DNA of 64,000 nt, taken from assembly GCA_017513085.1 (NCBI GenBank), contig JAFWDK010000019.1:160001-224000 (forward strand), in the 5' to 3' direction. Position numbers and translations under genes: made by a program. The DNA comes from Clostridiales bacterium (GTDB lineage Bacteria; Bacillota; Clostridia; Saccharofermentanales; Saccharofermentanaceae). Positions 9,089 through 22,173 of the stretch are shown here, piece after piece (within the stretch, counting starts at the first letter, position 1; each line of letters starts with the position of its first letter). The notes beneath the pieces are model-generated. The model searched no databases and was not told the origin of the DNA. It saw only the letters and a list, made by a program, of their open reading frames with translations.

Positions 9089-12000
9089 TCAAGTCACAGG
9101 CCACTCTCCCGGATTCTTTGCCATGATCGCATCGGAATCCGGCGGCGTATTACGGAAGATCAGACTGAAAACTTTCGTCCCGAATTTATTTACAATATCC
9201 GAATACAGTTTTCTGTTCTCTGCAATATAAGTAGATGATTTGGAAAACTCCTCCACCTTCAAGCAGGATTTCACGATACGCCAGCTCAAGAGAGTTCTCT
9301 CGGTCGTGTATTGGTGTCTGGCCGTGTCTTTGGAGACGGCGCTCATCGCAAGTTTTGAAAGCTGCTCGCATCTAGCTATATCCGTATCTGTCATACGGTT
9401 ATGGGCATCCATATACTCTGTTGCGGAAACAGCCTGTTCCACGCCATTGATCACGAGATAGGAAACTCCAAAATCGTTGCAGAACGTCTGCATCGGCTTT
9501 GCGTCATAACCCATTATTTTGTCTCTGAAAAGATACGGATTATACTTACAATTCGGACCGCAACCGTGCCTCTTGGCCTGGTTACACAGAATCTGCATAT
9601 ATTCCTTCATATATGGCGCGCTGGCACCATAGAACTGATTCATAAAGAAATCGATTTCTGCATCAACATCTGCATTCGGATTCTTCAAAAGCACATTACC
9701 AAGATAGTTTCTCAAATCACCGAACTCTGTATTGCAATCACCATGACGGTCATTGCTCTGCAGGTATACACCGGTCACTCCGATGGATTTATAGTAAGCA
9801 ATATCATGCGTCAGTGCATCGAAATTCGGATATGGTGCAATAGTCGAAAACCAGTTGGCATTGTAATCCCAGATCCAGAAATTTGCTCCGCCTTCTCGGC
9901 AAAGTCTTGCCCATTCATTCATGAACGTAACGACTTCTTTGTTCTTCACGCATGAAGTGTCATTACAGCGATGAGCATAACAGCGCGAGATCGGCGCAAA
10001 CTGAACGATGACGTGATCGTCGACCGCTACATCCTTGGGTGGTCTATAATTCCACGTATAGGCCATCAATTCAATATATACGTTCTTGTAGCCCGCTTTT
10101 TTCACAGCCTTGGAAACATAATTGCAAAGTTCCAGGTAATGCGCAGATTCGAACATACCACAAGGGTCACCATTGATATCCGGCACGGTGTGGGCCAGAT
10201 TATAGTTATAACAATCTGAGCACTGGCAATAGACTTCGTTATCATCCTGTCCAAGACAGAGGATCTGCATAGGCGCATTCTTATCATACATAGACCCCTT
10301 TAGGATCTTCATAACATGTTCCAGAATATGTTCTTTCACTTCCGGATTACTGAGACACAATTGTTTATACTGTCGTGTGCCTTTCCACTTACTGAACCAC
10401 TCCGGATGCTGTTTCAGATCCGACTCGTAGAAATACTCATTCAGCAAAGTATGTGCCTGGCCTGGACGAAGTCCTGTCGGATAGTGTGCCGTTTCCGGAT
10501 CATAAAGATACCAGTTCTGACTCCCTGCCTGATTCTGCGTCACAAGATTGGCAAAGAATCCATTCAAACCACCGGATATGGTAAACATACGGTTTTCACC
10601 GGATGCAAATTTACCGAAATATACATCAATATCCGAGAATATGAACGGCCGGTTATAATCAATGCTGATATTTGTTTCATACTTAAAATGTGTCTGATTC
10701 GTGATATATCCGTCCTCAAAAGACAACCAGAAATATCCGCCACATGCTGAGAGAAAAGCTGCAGCACCATCGATCGTACCACGCGCGCCAACTCCGAGAA
10801 TAGAGATACCATTCGTGTACGACTTGATAGAATAAGATCCCTCTGTCTTATAAGCCGCGGTACCATGCGGACGATTGGTTCTTCCGACAGAGATCTCGAA
10901 GCCTTTTGATCCCTGACTTGTTGCATCAGTGATAATGCTCGGAGTATAACCATCTTCTCTCGAAATATAAAGTTGCAGCATGTTAGCCGCATATTTCTCT
11001 TCGTCCGTAGCAGCGGAAGGGATCACGATCACGGCGTTAGGCATATTTTTCGTAAACTTACTGTTCTTATAAGTGGACAGCGATGACACGTTCGTCGGAA
11101 CAGGTGTATTCGTGACCGTAGGCGTAGATGTATTTGTCGGCGTGACTGTCGCTTTCTTGGTAGGAGTCGTTGTATTGACGCTCCCTCCGATTCCGAAATA
11201 CACCTTAGCAGATGACGCATATGCCATGAGATTTGTGATAAAATTCCATGCCTCCTCACTACCACCGGATGTGGCGGAAGCGATCAATTGATGAACATAA
11301 CTCTCTACACTGTACGTGTACTTTCCACTGATCTGTGTACTTCCCCTCTTCACTACAAGGCTCAGTTTCGTATAAAACTCCGGTGCCTTGATCTCAGGGA
11401 TCGATACTTTGTAAAGGCGGGTCGACGTATTGTATGAAAAGTCCGAGAAGTTCTTCTTGATGGTCTTCTTCGTACCTGTTACGGAAGTGTAGCTGACCTC
11501 CAGGTAAGTCGAGCTGTCCGGATTCGATGTAAAACGCAACAAAGCATTCAGGCAAAGGCTCGGCACATTGTCCATCTCAAAATGATCGATCGAACATATA
11601 CTTCCGGAAAACGGCGTATACGCATATACATTCGAAAAAGCAGACGGAAGCTTCGAACCAAGTGCTTTTTGCGCAGAAGTTAGTCCGGCATTGGCTAGAC
11701 TCTGCTCGTTGATATGAAAATACTTCTGCGATGCCGCACCGTAATTCAAAAGATCGACTACAAGTGTACAAAGTGCTCTGTCTTTCGTCGCAGTACTTTG
11801 TGAATACTTTTTCAAAAGCGCTTGGAAATAGGTACGCAGAGACATCTCGTCAGTTTCCGATATCAGCGATACATTCCCGCTTTGCGCATATAACGTCGCA
11901 CGGATAAGATTGGGCATCTCCGTAGAGCGAAGTCCATAGTAACGGAAAACATATTCGCCATTTTCCACTGTATAGTTTTTCAAGTCGATCGTTTCCCATG

Positions 12001-12256
12001 TATAGGAACTGCCTGAGCCGGAAAATTTCTGGCGCTGCAAACGAAGATACATATTCGAATAGGATCCGGAGGAATTGAGCTTCACGTTATATTTCAGCCC
12101 GAGATCTCCGTACAGCTCGACACTATGACTGATCGTAGCATCCAGATGATTATCCGCACGTGCAGAAGGCGTGTACGACGGCGCAATAAGAACCATGTTC
12201 AACATGAGTAGCATCGCTAAAACTGTCAGTAAAGATTTTGTTAGGCGCTGCATCAA
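9089..12256 (-). CDS. Secreted modular protein: same N-terminal module, PT linker, DUF4838-like domain
   Basis: Signal peptide; LVVDLLNYGAASQ module; EEKYAANMLQ..I segment, HPEWFS, QLCLSNPEV, CQCSDC, WIWDY motifs as in DUF4838 proteins. Confidence 0.7.
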   Translation of the reverse strand: MMQRLTKSLLTVLAMLLMLNMVLIAPSYTPSARADNHLDATISHSVELYGDLGLKYNVKLNSSGSYSNMYLRLQRQKFSGSGSSYTWETIDLKNYTVENGEYVFRYYGLRSTEMPNLIRATLYAQSGNVSLISETDEMSLRTYFQALLKKYSQSTATKDRALCTLVVDLLNYGAASQKYFHINEQSLANAGLTSAQKALGSKLPSAFSNVYAYTPFSGSICSIDHFEMDNVPSLCLNALLRFTSNPDSSTYLEVSYTSVTGTKKTIKKNFSDFSYNTSTRLYKVSIPEIKAPEFYTKLSLVVKRGSTQISGKYTYSVESYVHQLIASATSGGSEEAWNFITNLMAYASSAKVYFGIGGSVNTTTPTKKATVTPTNTSTPTVTNTPVPTNVSSLSTYKNSKFTKNMPNAVIVIPSAATDEEKYAANMLQLYISREDGYTPSIITDATSQGSKGFEISVGRTNRPHGTAAYKTEGSYSIKSYTNGISILGVGARGTIDGAAAFLSACGGYFWLSFEDGYITNQTHFKYETNISIDYNRPFIFSDIDVYFGKFASGENRMFTISGGLNGFFANLVTQNQAGSQNWYLYDPETAHYPTGLRPGQAHTLLNEYFYESDLKQHPEWFSKWKGTRQYKQLCLSNPEVKEHILEHVMKILKGSMYDKNAPMQILCLGQDDNEVYCQCSDCYNYNLAHTVPDINGDPCGMFESAHYLELCNYVSKAVKKAGYKNVYIELMAYTWNYRPPKDVAVDDHVIVQFAPISRCYAHRCNDTSCVKNKEVVTFMNEWARLCREGGANFWIWDYNANWFSTIAPYPNFDALTHDIAYYKSIGVTGVYLQSNDRHGDCNTEFGDLRNYLGNVLLKNPNADVDAEIDFFMNQFYGASAPYMKEYMQILCNQAKRHGCGPNCKYNPYLFRDKIMGYDAKPMQTFCNDFGVSYLVINGVEQAVSATEYMDAHNRMTDTDIARCEQLSKLAMSAVSKDTARHQYTTERTLLSWRIVKSCLKVEEFSKSSTYIAENRKLYSDIVNKFGTKVFSLIFRNTPPDSDAIMAKNPGEWPVT

Positions 12257-14286
12257 TTATTACCCTCTTCTTTCGGTTCGATCTCACCACGCTCGATACC
12301 ACATGATTTGCAAAGCTTCTCGAATTCTTCCGAAGAAGCGAAGCCCTTCATGACATTCTCCCTCGTCTCGCCCGCAGCAAGTCTTCCTGCCCAGTACTTA
12401 AGTCCTCCTTCATCTGCTTCTCTATCCATAAAAGTCAGATAGAGTCGCTCGATGAATTCTTTATCAGTGGTCTTAAGATTTACAAACTCATCACCGGTAA
12501 AGAACAGCTTCGCAGCGTCATATCCGGTCTGTTCCAGATTTGTAAGTGCCATCGACCAGTACTTCAATCCATCCTCTTCCGGTTCTCTTCCGAGGCAGCA
12601 TGTGTAAAGGCGTGTCGCAAATTCAATCGCCTTCCTCGAAGCAAATTCCGCTTTATGGTAGATTGCTCCGGAACGCACGCTGTATGTCGCGCAAACATTA
12701 CACCATTCTGTAGATTCGATGAAGTCGTTGACCACGGTTTCGCGTGTCGCATCAGTCTTTAACCGTCCAAGCCAGTAAGACATACCGGCAGCATCCGGAT
12801 CACGGTCATAGAACGTATGGTAAAGCACTGTCAGGAATCGTGTGTCGTCGAGTTTACGGTTCATGAATTCCGGTGCTTCCAACAGGAAGAATCTTGCACA
12901 ATCCGCACCGTTATACTCACCGTTTTCTACCTTCTCGACCCAGAAAGCTTTTCCTTCCGGTTCCGAAGCACGATCCAGAGCGACTACATACAATCTTTCC
13001 ACAAAATCTTCGAATGAAGGTTCATTCGGATCAGGTGTAGGAGTCGGAGTACCTGTAACTCCAGGCTTTGGTGCTTGTGTCGGAGTCTTGGTAGGCGTTC
13101 CGGTCGGAGCAACTGTAGGAGACACAACAGGAGATCCGGTAGGCGCTACAGTCGGAGCACTTGTCGGCGCAGCAGTCGGTTCTGCACCGGACTTGGCGAC
13201 ATAAAGTGTCACGGAAATCGAAGTGTCGGTCAGGAAAAGATGTGTGTTCGCTTTCGGATCCTGGTCCTCAACACAGAAATTCTTCGAAGCATCTTCGCAT
13301 GCTACCCACACGATCTCCACTTTAACTGTTTTAAAGCCACCATCTTTTAGTTCTCTGGTAACCAGACTCTTCGCATCGTGATAATTCATACCATGTACAT
13401 CCGGCATGGCAACGAAAGGCACAGACGGAGTCGGTGTCGGAGCACTCGTCGGCTTCTGAGTAGGCACAGGAGTATTCGTCGGCGTTGGCGTCGATGTCGG
13501 TGTAGGCGTCGGCGTAGTTGTGATCGTCGGGAAAGGCGTCAAAGTCGGCACCTTCGTCGGAGACGGGAACGTAGACGGTCTTGGGGTCACCGGAATATCC
13601 GGACCCTTCGTCGGTGTCGGTTTCTTTGTCACAGTCGGCTTCGGTGTTACGACCGTCGGTTTGGGTGTGACTACCGTCGGCTTCGGCGTAACGGTAACCG
13701 GTACCGGGGTCGTCGCAGACGTCTTAGCAAATGTCTTGGTTATACGAACTGCACCACCGGACAGAGTCGTCAACCGCATACTTTCACCATTCAGCGAAGC
13801 AGTGGTTTTGGAATCGAATTTGTAACCGCTCTTAGGTGTGATGTCGATGGTCACCGTATAGATCGTCGATGCTCTGGCAGTCGTATCTGACGGAGACCAT
13901 GTCACCTTATAGGTCGCACCTGTGGATGCGGAGAAAGATATGCTCTTATCGAGCGCCTGTCCTGTAACGGGAGCGGAAAGATCCTTGATCGTTAAAAAGC
14001 GGATCAGGCCGCAATCGTCACAGATCGGATCCGCCGCGGATGAATACTTGTGAACAAGCACAACGTTACCAGTGTCCGGTGGAAGCATAAACTCACCATC
14101 TCCACTTAAATCCTGCAACTGAACCTGACCATCTCTTAAGTCAGAAATTTGATGCTCCTCTACGATCAGCTCCTGGTCATGAAGAGTAAAAAAAAGCGAT
14201 GTTCCCAAAACAACCAAGACGCTCAGGACCATCGTCAGAAAATAAAAAAACGGTCCACAATCGGAACCGGGTCTGCATTTTTTCAT
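12253..14286 (-). CDS. Cell-surface protein with long PT linkers, a PASTA domain and C-terminal DUF4214 repeats
   Basis: N-terminal TM/signal; VAMPDVHGM..VEDQDPKA (PASTA); FVERLY..LDRASEPEGKAFW and FIERLY..DREADEGGLKYW..FASSEEF repeats. Confidence 0.75.
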   Translation of the reverse strand: MKKCRPGSDCGPFFYFLTMVLSVLVVLGTSLFFTLHDQELIVEEHQISDLRDGQVQLQDLSGDGEFMLPPDTGNVVLVHKYSSAADPICDDCGLIRFLTIKDLSAPVTGQALDKSISFSASTGATYKVTWSPSDTTARASTIYTVTIDITPKSGYKFDSKTTASLNGESMRLTTLSGGAVRITKTFAKTSATTPVPVTVTPKPTVVTPKPTVVTPKPTVTKKPTPTKGPDIPVTPRPSTFPSPTKVPTLTPFPTITTTPTPTPTSTPTPTNTPVPTQKPTSAPTPTPSVPFVAMPDVHGMNYHDAKSLVTRELKDGGFKTVKVEIVWVACEDASKNFCVEDQDPKANTHLFLTDTSISVTLYVAKSGAEPTAAPTSAPTVAPTGSPVVSPTVAPTGTPTKTPTQAPKPGVTGTPTPTPDPNEPSFEDFVERLYVVALDRASEPEGKAFWVEKVENGEYNGADCARFFLLEAPEFMNRKLDDTRFLTVLYHTFYDRDPDAAGMSYWLGRLKTDATRETVVNDFIESTEWCNVCATYSVRSGAIYHKAEFASRKAIEFATRLYTCCLGREPEEDGLKYWSMALTNLEQTGYDAAKLFFTGDEFVNLKTTDKEFIERLYLTFMDREADEGGLKYWAGRLAAGETRENVMKGFASSEEFEKLCKSCGIERGEIEPKEEGNN
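13420..13710 (-). repeat. Low-complexity Pro/Thr coding repeats (TPKPTVV-type x3, TPTPT runs)
   Basis: Repeated peptide units with synonymous codon variation. Confidence 0.8.
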
Positions 14287-14384
14287 AAATGAAACCTAGA
14301 ATATCCCTTCGTCAAATTCCCCCCGAATTCTGAATTGTGAACAAACTCAACACCAACAACATAGCACAGGTTCAAAATGATTGT

Positions 14385-14416
14385 AAATAGTCTTTGGAAA
14401 ATATCAAAGACTATTT
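14385..14416 (-). terminator. Hairpin downstream of the atp operon
   Basis: AAATAGTCTTTG-8 nt-CAAAGACTATTT. Confidence 0.65.
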
Positions 14417-14448
14417 TTCTGATTTCGAAACAAGGTTTCGAAACCGGT

Positions 14449-14901
14449 TTACTCCATGAAACGTTTTTTCTTATCTTTGGATGATTCCGCAGCCAGTTTC
14501 AATCTGGCTTTTGCTCTTCGCATAGCATGACGTGCATAAAGCTTCTGTTCATCGTTGTTGACCGGATCGTGAAGTTTTGCTTCCGCGCGCTCGAGCGCAG
14601 ATTTTGCCCGGTTCTCATCGATCTCCTCCGACCATTCCGCCGCGTTACAGACAATGATGACCGCTTGATGTGCAATCTCGGCAAATCCCTCCGAGACAAC
14701 AAACTTCTTTTGTTCTCCTTTTGTTTCAATACTGGCAATGCCAGGTGTCACAGCGACGACCAAAGGAGAATGTCCGGGCATAACACCCAGCTGTCCATCC
14801 TGCGCTGGAAGAACGATCTTCTCGATACGTCCTTCAAAAAAGATCTCGTACGGTGTCACAACTTCCAGCATTATTGTTTTGGGAGAAACCGAATCTGCCA
14901 T
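14449..14901 (-). CDS. atpC: ATP synthase epsilon subunit
   Basis: LEVVTP..GQLGVMPGHSPL..VSEGFAE; C-terminal helical hairpin. Confidence 0.95.
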   Translation of the reverse strand: MADSVSPKTIMLEVVTPYEIFFEGRIEKIVLPAQDGQLGVMPGHSPLVVAVTPGIASIETKGEQKKFVVSEGFAEIAHQAVIIVCNAAEWSEEIDENRAKSALERAEAKLHDPVNNDEQKLYARHAMRRAKARLKLAAESSKDKKKRFME

Positions 14902-14907
14902 GTCTGA

Positions 14908-17245
<2,338 letters not shown>

Positions 17246-17251
17246 CTTCCA

Positions 17252-19159
17252 TTACGCCTCGCGCGACTGATACTCCTTATGTTCTGCTACAAACAACGCA
17301 TGGTACTCGGCTTCGATCTCATCGATCTCTTTCTTCGTATCATCATCCAAAACACGTGTATTGATGATCTTCTTCATGATGTCCGGATGCAGCACCGTCA
17401 TTCTCTGCAGGAATTCCTGGACATATTCTTTCGCATCTTCCTTGTCGAGGAAAGTCAGCTTCTCGTTAGTAGCCAGATACAGCATGACCACCTGCTCATC
17501 CATCTGAAGCGGCGAGAACTGCTCCTGCTTTAAGATCTCATTGAGGATCACACCTCGCTTCAACTGCTTCTGGGTATTCGGATCCAGGTCAGAGCCGAAC
17601 TGGGCAAAAGCAGCCATTTCACGAGCCTGTGCCAGGCTGATACGGAGCGGTCCGGCCACTTTCTTCATCGCCTTGGTCTGTGCAGCACCACCTACACGGG
17701 AGACCGAAAGACCGGCATTGATAGCAGGACGCTGTCCCGCGAAGAACAACTCGGATTCCAGATAGATCTGACCGTCTGTGATGGAAATCACATTGGTCGG
17801 AATATAAGCGGAAATATCTCCGCTCAATGTCTCAATGATCGGAAGCGCCGTCATGGAACCACCGCCAAGATCGTCACTGAGCTTGGCTGCACGTTCAAGC
17901 AAACGGGAGTGCAGATAGAATACATCGCCCGGATATGCTTCACGTCCCGGCGGACGACGCAAAAGCAACGAAATGGCACGATATGCCTGCGCATGTTTGG
18001 AAAGATCATCATAGACGATCAGAACATCCGCATGATCCTCATACATAAACTCCTCAGCGATCGCGCAACCGGCGTATGGAGCAATATACTGCAGCGACGC
18101 AGGCTGAGAAGCACTCGAAGCAACGATGACCGTATACTCCAGAGCATTGTGCTGCTCCAGTGCTTTTGCCACGGAAACGATGTTGGCCATCTTCTGTCCG
18201 ATCGCTACATAGATGCAGATCACGTTCTTTCCACGCTGATTGATAATAGTATCCAGCGCAATGGCTGTCTTTCCTGTCTGACGGTCACCGATGATCAACT
18301 CACGCTGACCACGGCCGATCGGCGTCATCGCGTCGATCGCAGTAATACCGGTCTGCAACGGTTCGCAGATCGGAGAACGGGCAACAATGCTAGGAGCCGG
18401 ATACTCGATGGGACGCCGGCTGGTGGAACGGATAATACCCTTTCCATCGATCGGATTACCAAGCGGATCCACGACTCGTCCGAGAAGGCCGCCGCCAACC
18501 GGTACCGAAACCGCACGGCCGGTACGATGGCACAAAACACCTTCCACGACATCCCGGCATTCACCGAGAAGGACTACGCCCACTTTGTCGGATTCAAGAT
18601 TCATGGCAATTCCGTAGGATGTCTCGGAAAACATGATCAACTCGCTGGCTACACAGTTTTCCAGACCACTGACCATTGCCACGCCGTCGCCTACTGAGAG
18701 GACTTTACCCACCTGCTCCACTTCGGACGCTTTGGCAAAGTCCGTAAGAAGCTGCTCACGCTTCTTTTCCTGGGATTCTTCTTCACCTTCCCACAGTTCA
18801 TCGTCCTCAAAAAGCATCGCCGGGCTTTCCGGAAAATCGGCCAAAGCTTCGGCAAGAGAACTATGGATCAGTGCGGCATCGTCTTTCTTATCCGATACCT
18901 CGATATCGGAACCGCGATCCGTCTTTAAGTGCCGGCCAATACGCGATAACTGGCCGGAAACGCTATAATCGTATTTCGTACCTTGGGCAAAGATCACATA
19001 GCCACCGATCAGACTCTTGTCTGTCTCCTGCTCGATCGTATACCCGGAAATATGCAGATACTCGGCGAAGCGGCGCGCAATGAGAGCAACCTTCTCCGGT
19101 GGCATATCTTCGGAAGCCGTTACGATACGGATGACTTCAAAACCACTTCCATTATTCAC
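17252..19159 (-). CDS. atpA: ATP synthase alpha subunit with an N-terminally fused delta (AtpH/OSCP) C-terminal domain
   Basis: Alpha motifs GDRQTGKT and [23 protein letters not shown]; first ~80 aa contain the delta signature [19 protein letters not shown]. Confidence 0.92.
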   Translation of the reverse strand: MNNGSGFEVIRIVTASEDMPPEKVALIARRFAEYLHISGYTIEQETDKSLIGGYVIFAQGTKYDYSVSGQLSRIGRHLKTDRGSDIEVSDKKDDAALIHSSLAEALADFPESPAMLFEDDELWEGEEESQEKKREQLLTDFAKASEVEQVGKVLSVGDGVAMVSGLENCVASELIMFSETSYGIAMNLESDKVGVVLLGECRDVVEGVLCHRTGRAVSVPVGGGLLGRVVDPLGNPIDGKGIIRSTSRRPIEYPAPSIVARSPICEPLQTGITAIDAMTPIGRGQRELIIGDRQTGKTAIALDTIINQRGKNVICIYVAIGQKMANIVSVAKALEQHNALEYTVIVASSASQPASLQYIAPYAGCAIAEEFMYEDHADVLIVYDDLSKHAQAYRAISLLLRRPPGREAYPGDVFYLHSRLLERAAKLSDDLGGGSMTALPIIETLSGDISAYIPTNVISITDGQIYLESELFFAGQRPAINAGLSVSRVGGAAQTKAMKKVAGPLRISLAQAREMAAFAQFGSDLDPNTQKQLKRGVILNEILKQEQFSPLQMDEQVVMLYLATNEKLTFLDKEDAKEYVQEFLQRMTVLHPDIMKKIINTRVLDDDTKKEIDEIEAEYHALFVAEHKEYQSREA

Positions 19160-19760
19160 CGGTCTTCACCTCTGTTGACTGAAGCTCTGCATTAACTTTA
19201 TCACGAAGTTCACTTTCCTTCTTCTCATCACCGACTGTGCCCAGCACGTGACCTGCGATGGAAACTGCGAGATCGGCAACTTCGTCTTTCATCTCTTCCA
19301 GCATCGCTTTGCGGGTACGCTTCGCGTCTTCCTCCGCACGGTCGCGGATCTCCTGTGCTTCTTTCTTGGCGGTCTCGATAATGGTCTGAGACTGCTTTTC
19401 CGCCTGGGATCTTGCATCTGCGATGATCTGGATCGCTTCTTCATGAGAAGCGTCTATACGCTTGGAAGCTTCATCAAGCTTTTCACTAGCTTCTTTTTCC
19501 TGTTTCTCTGCATTTTCAACTTGCGCGGCAATACTCTCCTTACGCTTGTTGATGACCTTGATCAAAGGCTTGAAGAGGACCAGTTTCAATATAAAGTACG
19601 CGATCAGGACATTGACGATCGTAACTATTGCGGTGACGGCATAGTGCGCCATCTGATCCGGTGAAAGGATCGAACTTTCCTTCTCACCCTCCGCTACGAC
19701 ATCCAGTGCTACGATCGCAATCTTATTTATGGTTGCAATAGAGAGCAGATTCATTATCAA
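19152..19760 (-). CDS. atpF: ATP synthase b subunit
   Basis: TM helix, [16 protein letters not shown], long coiled coil, [11 protein letters not shown]. Confidence 0.93.
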   Translation of the reverse strand: MIMNLLSIATINKIAIVALDVVAEGEKESSILSPDQMAHYAVTAIVTIVNVLIAYFILKLVLFKPLIKVINKRKESIAAQVENAEKQEKEASEKLDEASKRIDASHEEAIQIIADARSQAEKQSQTIIETAKKEAQEIRDRAEEDAKRTRKAMLEEMKDEVADLAVSIAGHVLGTVGDEKKESELRDKVNAELQSTEVKTGE

Positions 19761-19772
19761 TCACCTCGGGAA

Positions 19773-20039
19773 TCAGAAAGTAAAGATCAGCAACAAGCTG
19801 ACGACCAGTGCATAGATGGCGATGGACTCCATGAATACGATCGAGATAAGAAGCAATGTCTGCAGTTTACTGTACATTTCCGGCTGACGGGATGAGCCTT
19901 CGAGTGCTCTTCCGGCAGCAAGACCGATACCGATACAGGTACCCAGACCGGCAAGACCGATAGCAAGACCTGCGCCGAATCCGGCCAAACCCTTAGGATC
20001 CATAGCAGCAACATCCAGTAAAACACGTGTAAAATTCAT
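19773..20039 (-). CDS. atpE: ATP synthase c subunit
   Basis: Gly-rich helix, RQPE loop, MESIAIY carboxylate. Confidence 0.96.
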   Translation of the reverse strand: MNFTRVLLDVAAMDPKGLAGFGAGLAIGLAGLGTCIGIGLAAGRALEGSSRQPEMYSKLQTLLLISIVFMESIAIYALVVSLLLIFTF

Positions 20040-20068
20040 TTTTATATCCTCCTAATATTTCCTTCTCA

Positions 20069-20935
20069 TCAGGCAACATTTGCTTCAGTCTTTGCAGCCT
20101 GTTTTTCTTCTATTTCTTTGCGTTTTTCTTCTTTTCTCTCCGCAACGGCATGTGCGCTCTCTACAACCTCACCGATATACGAAGTTGTAAGGTAGCAGAA
20201 TACGACCGCCTGGAGTATACCATCCATCAGGTCAAACCACAGACTGAACACACCCGGTACGATGAACGGGACGATCAGACTTAAGAATTCCATCAGGATA
20301 AAAGCACCGAATACATTACCGAAAAGACGTAATGACAGTGAGATCGGTTTAACAAAGAAATCGATGATCTTAAACGGAAGCATGAATGGTTTCGGATCGA
20401 CAAAGGAACTGCAGAAACCCTTCAGGCCCACAAAACGGATCGACATAAAGATCACGTAAGCGATGGCAAAAAGCGCGAGCGAAAACGTAAACGCTATATT
20501 TTTAGCCGGTGGTGGGAGTTTAAAGATCGAACAGACATTACACGATATCAGAACTATGCCTATCGTACCGACCATAGGCACCACTTTTTCCGCCTGGCTA
20601 TCGTTAAGGCCATAATCTTTGCAGACGCCGAAAAGAAGACCAATGATCGTTTCCATAACAGACTGCTTAGCATCCGGGAATGTCTTGCGGCTTTTACCAA
20701 GCCACCAGAAAAGAAGGATCCCCAGTCCGACAGCGATCCACATCACAATGATCGCATCCGTGATCGGAAGCTTGTCATCGCCTAACTGCAGATAACCCTT
20801 CCACTGCATGATACCATGCCGGATCTCATCTCCGATGTTTTTTCCACCGGTAAAGACACCGAAAAGGTCTTTCAGCTCATCTATGAAAGCATCCCAGAAT
20901 TCTGTCCACCAAGAGGCGGCAAGTAAGAATCTCAT
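20069..20935 (-). CDS. atpB: ATP synthase a subunit
   Basis: KPISLSLRLFGN (essential Arg), GILQAVVF. Confidence 0.95.
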   Translation of the reverse strand: MRFLLAASWWTEFWDAFIDELKDLFGVFTGGKNIGDEIRHGIMQWKGYLQLGDDKLPITDAIIVMWIAVGLGILLFWWLGKSRKTFPDAKQSVMETIIGLLFGVCKDYGLNDSQAEKVVPMVGTIGIVLISCNVCSIFKLPPPAKNIAFTFSLALFAIAYVIFMSIRFVGLKGFCSSFVDPKPFMLPFKIIDFFVKPISLSLRLFGNVFGAFILMEFLSLIVPFIVPGVFSLWFDLMDGILQAVVFCYLTTSYIGEVVESAHAVAERKEEKRKEIEEKQAAKTEANVA

Positions 20936-21039
20936 AATGAATTACACTTTCTGAGGCCGTCGTCCTGCATTGATCCGCAACAGGCCGGGGCTTCCTCTAC
21001 TCAAAAATTCTCACACCGCTTTTACGCGGTGTATCCGGA

Positions 21040-21684
<645 letters not shown>

Positions 21685-21705
21685 TCACTTTCAAATCAGA
21701 TTATT

Positions 21706-22164
21706 TTATTTGAACAGTTCTTTCTCTTGTTCCTTCATATCGTTTACACGAACCTGGTGACGTCCACCGTCAAAAGGCTCATTCATATAGGCATCGACGA
21801 TTCCCAATGCCAAAGAACTTCCGACTACGCGTGCGCCCATCGAAAGAACATTGGCATCGTTGTGCTGACGCGACATTCTGGCCATATATTCATTGGTACA
21901 AAGCGCGCAACGGATACCGGGAAACTTGTTTGCCACCATGGAAATACCGATACCGGTTCCACAGATCACAATACCTCTTTCTGCCTTCTCATCGATCACG
22001 TCCTTAGCCACTTTCTGGCCGGCCAGCACATAGCTGTACGGTACATCCGATGCGGTCGCGCCGCCCTCAAGGATCGTGTGACCCTGCTTGGTGAGATGTT
22101 CCACTACGATCTTCCGAAGTGCAAATCCTGCGTGATCCGATGCAATTGAAATAACCATTTTCAT
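21706..22164 (-). CDS. rpiB: Ribose-5-phosphate isomerase B
   Basis: ASDHAG, ICGTGIG, HNDANVL, FDGGRHQ. Confidence 0.95.
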   Translation of the reverse strand: MKMVISIASDHAGFALRKIVVEHLTKQGHTILEGGATASDVPYSYVLAGQKVAKDVIDEKAERGIVICGTGIGISMVANKFPGIRCALCTNEYMARMSRQHNDANVLSMGARVVGSSLALGIVDAYMNEPFDGGRHQVRVNDMKEQEKELFK

Positions 22165-22173
22165 ACCCTCGCT

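Noticed and set aside
13420-13710. Repeats as a CRISPR array or VNTR
   Set aside because: In-frame Pro/Thr linker codons with synonymous variation; no repeat-spacer structure
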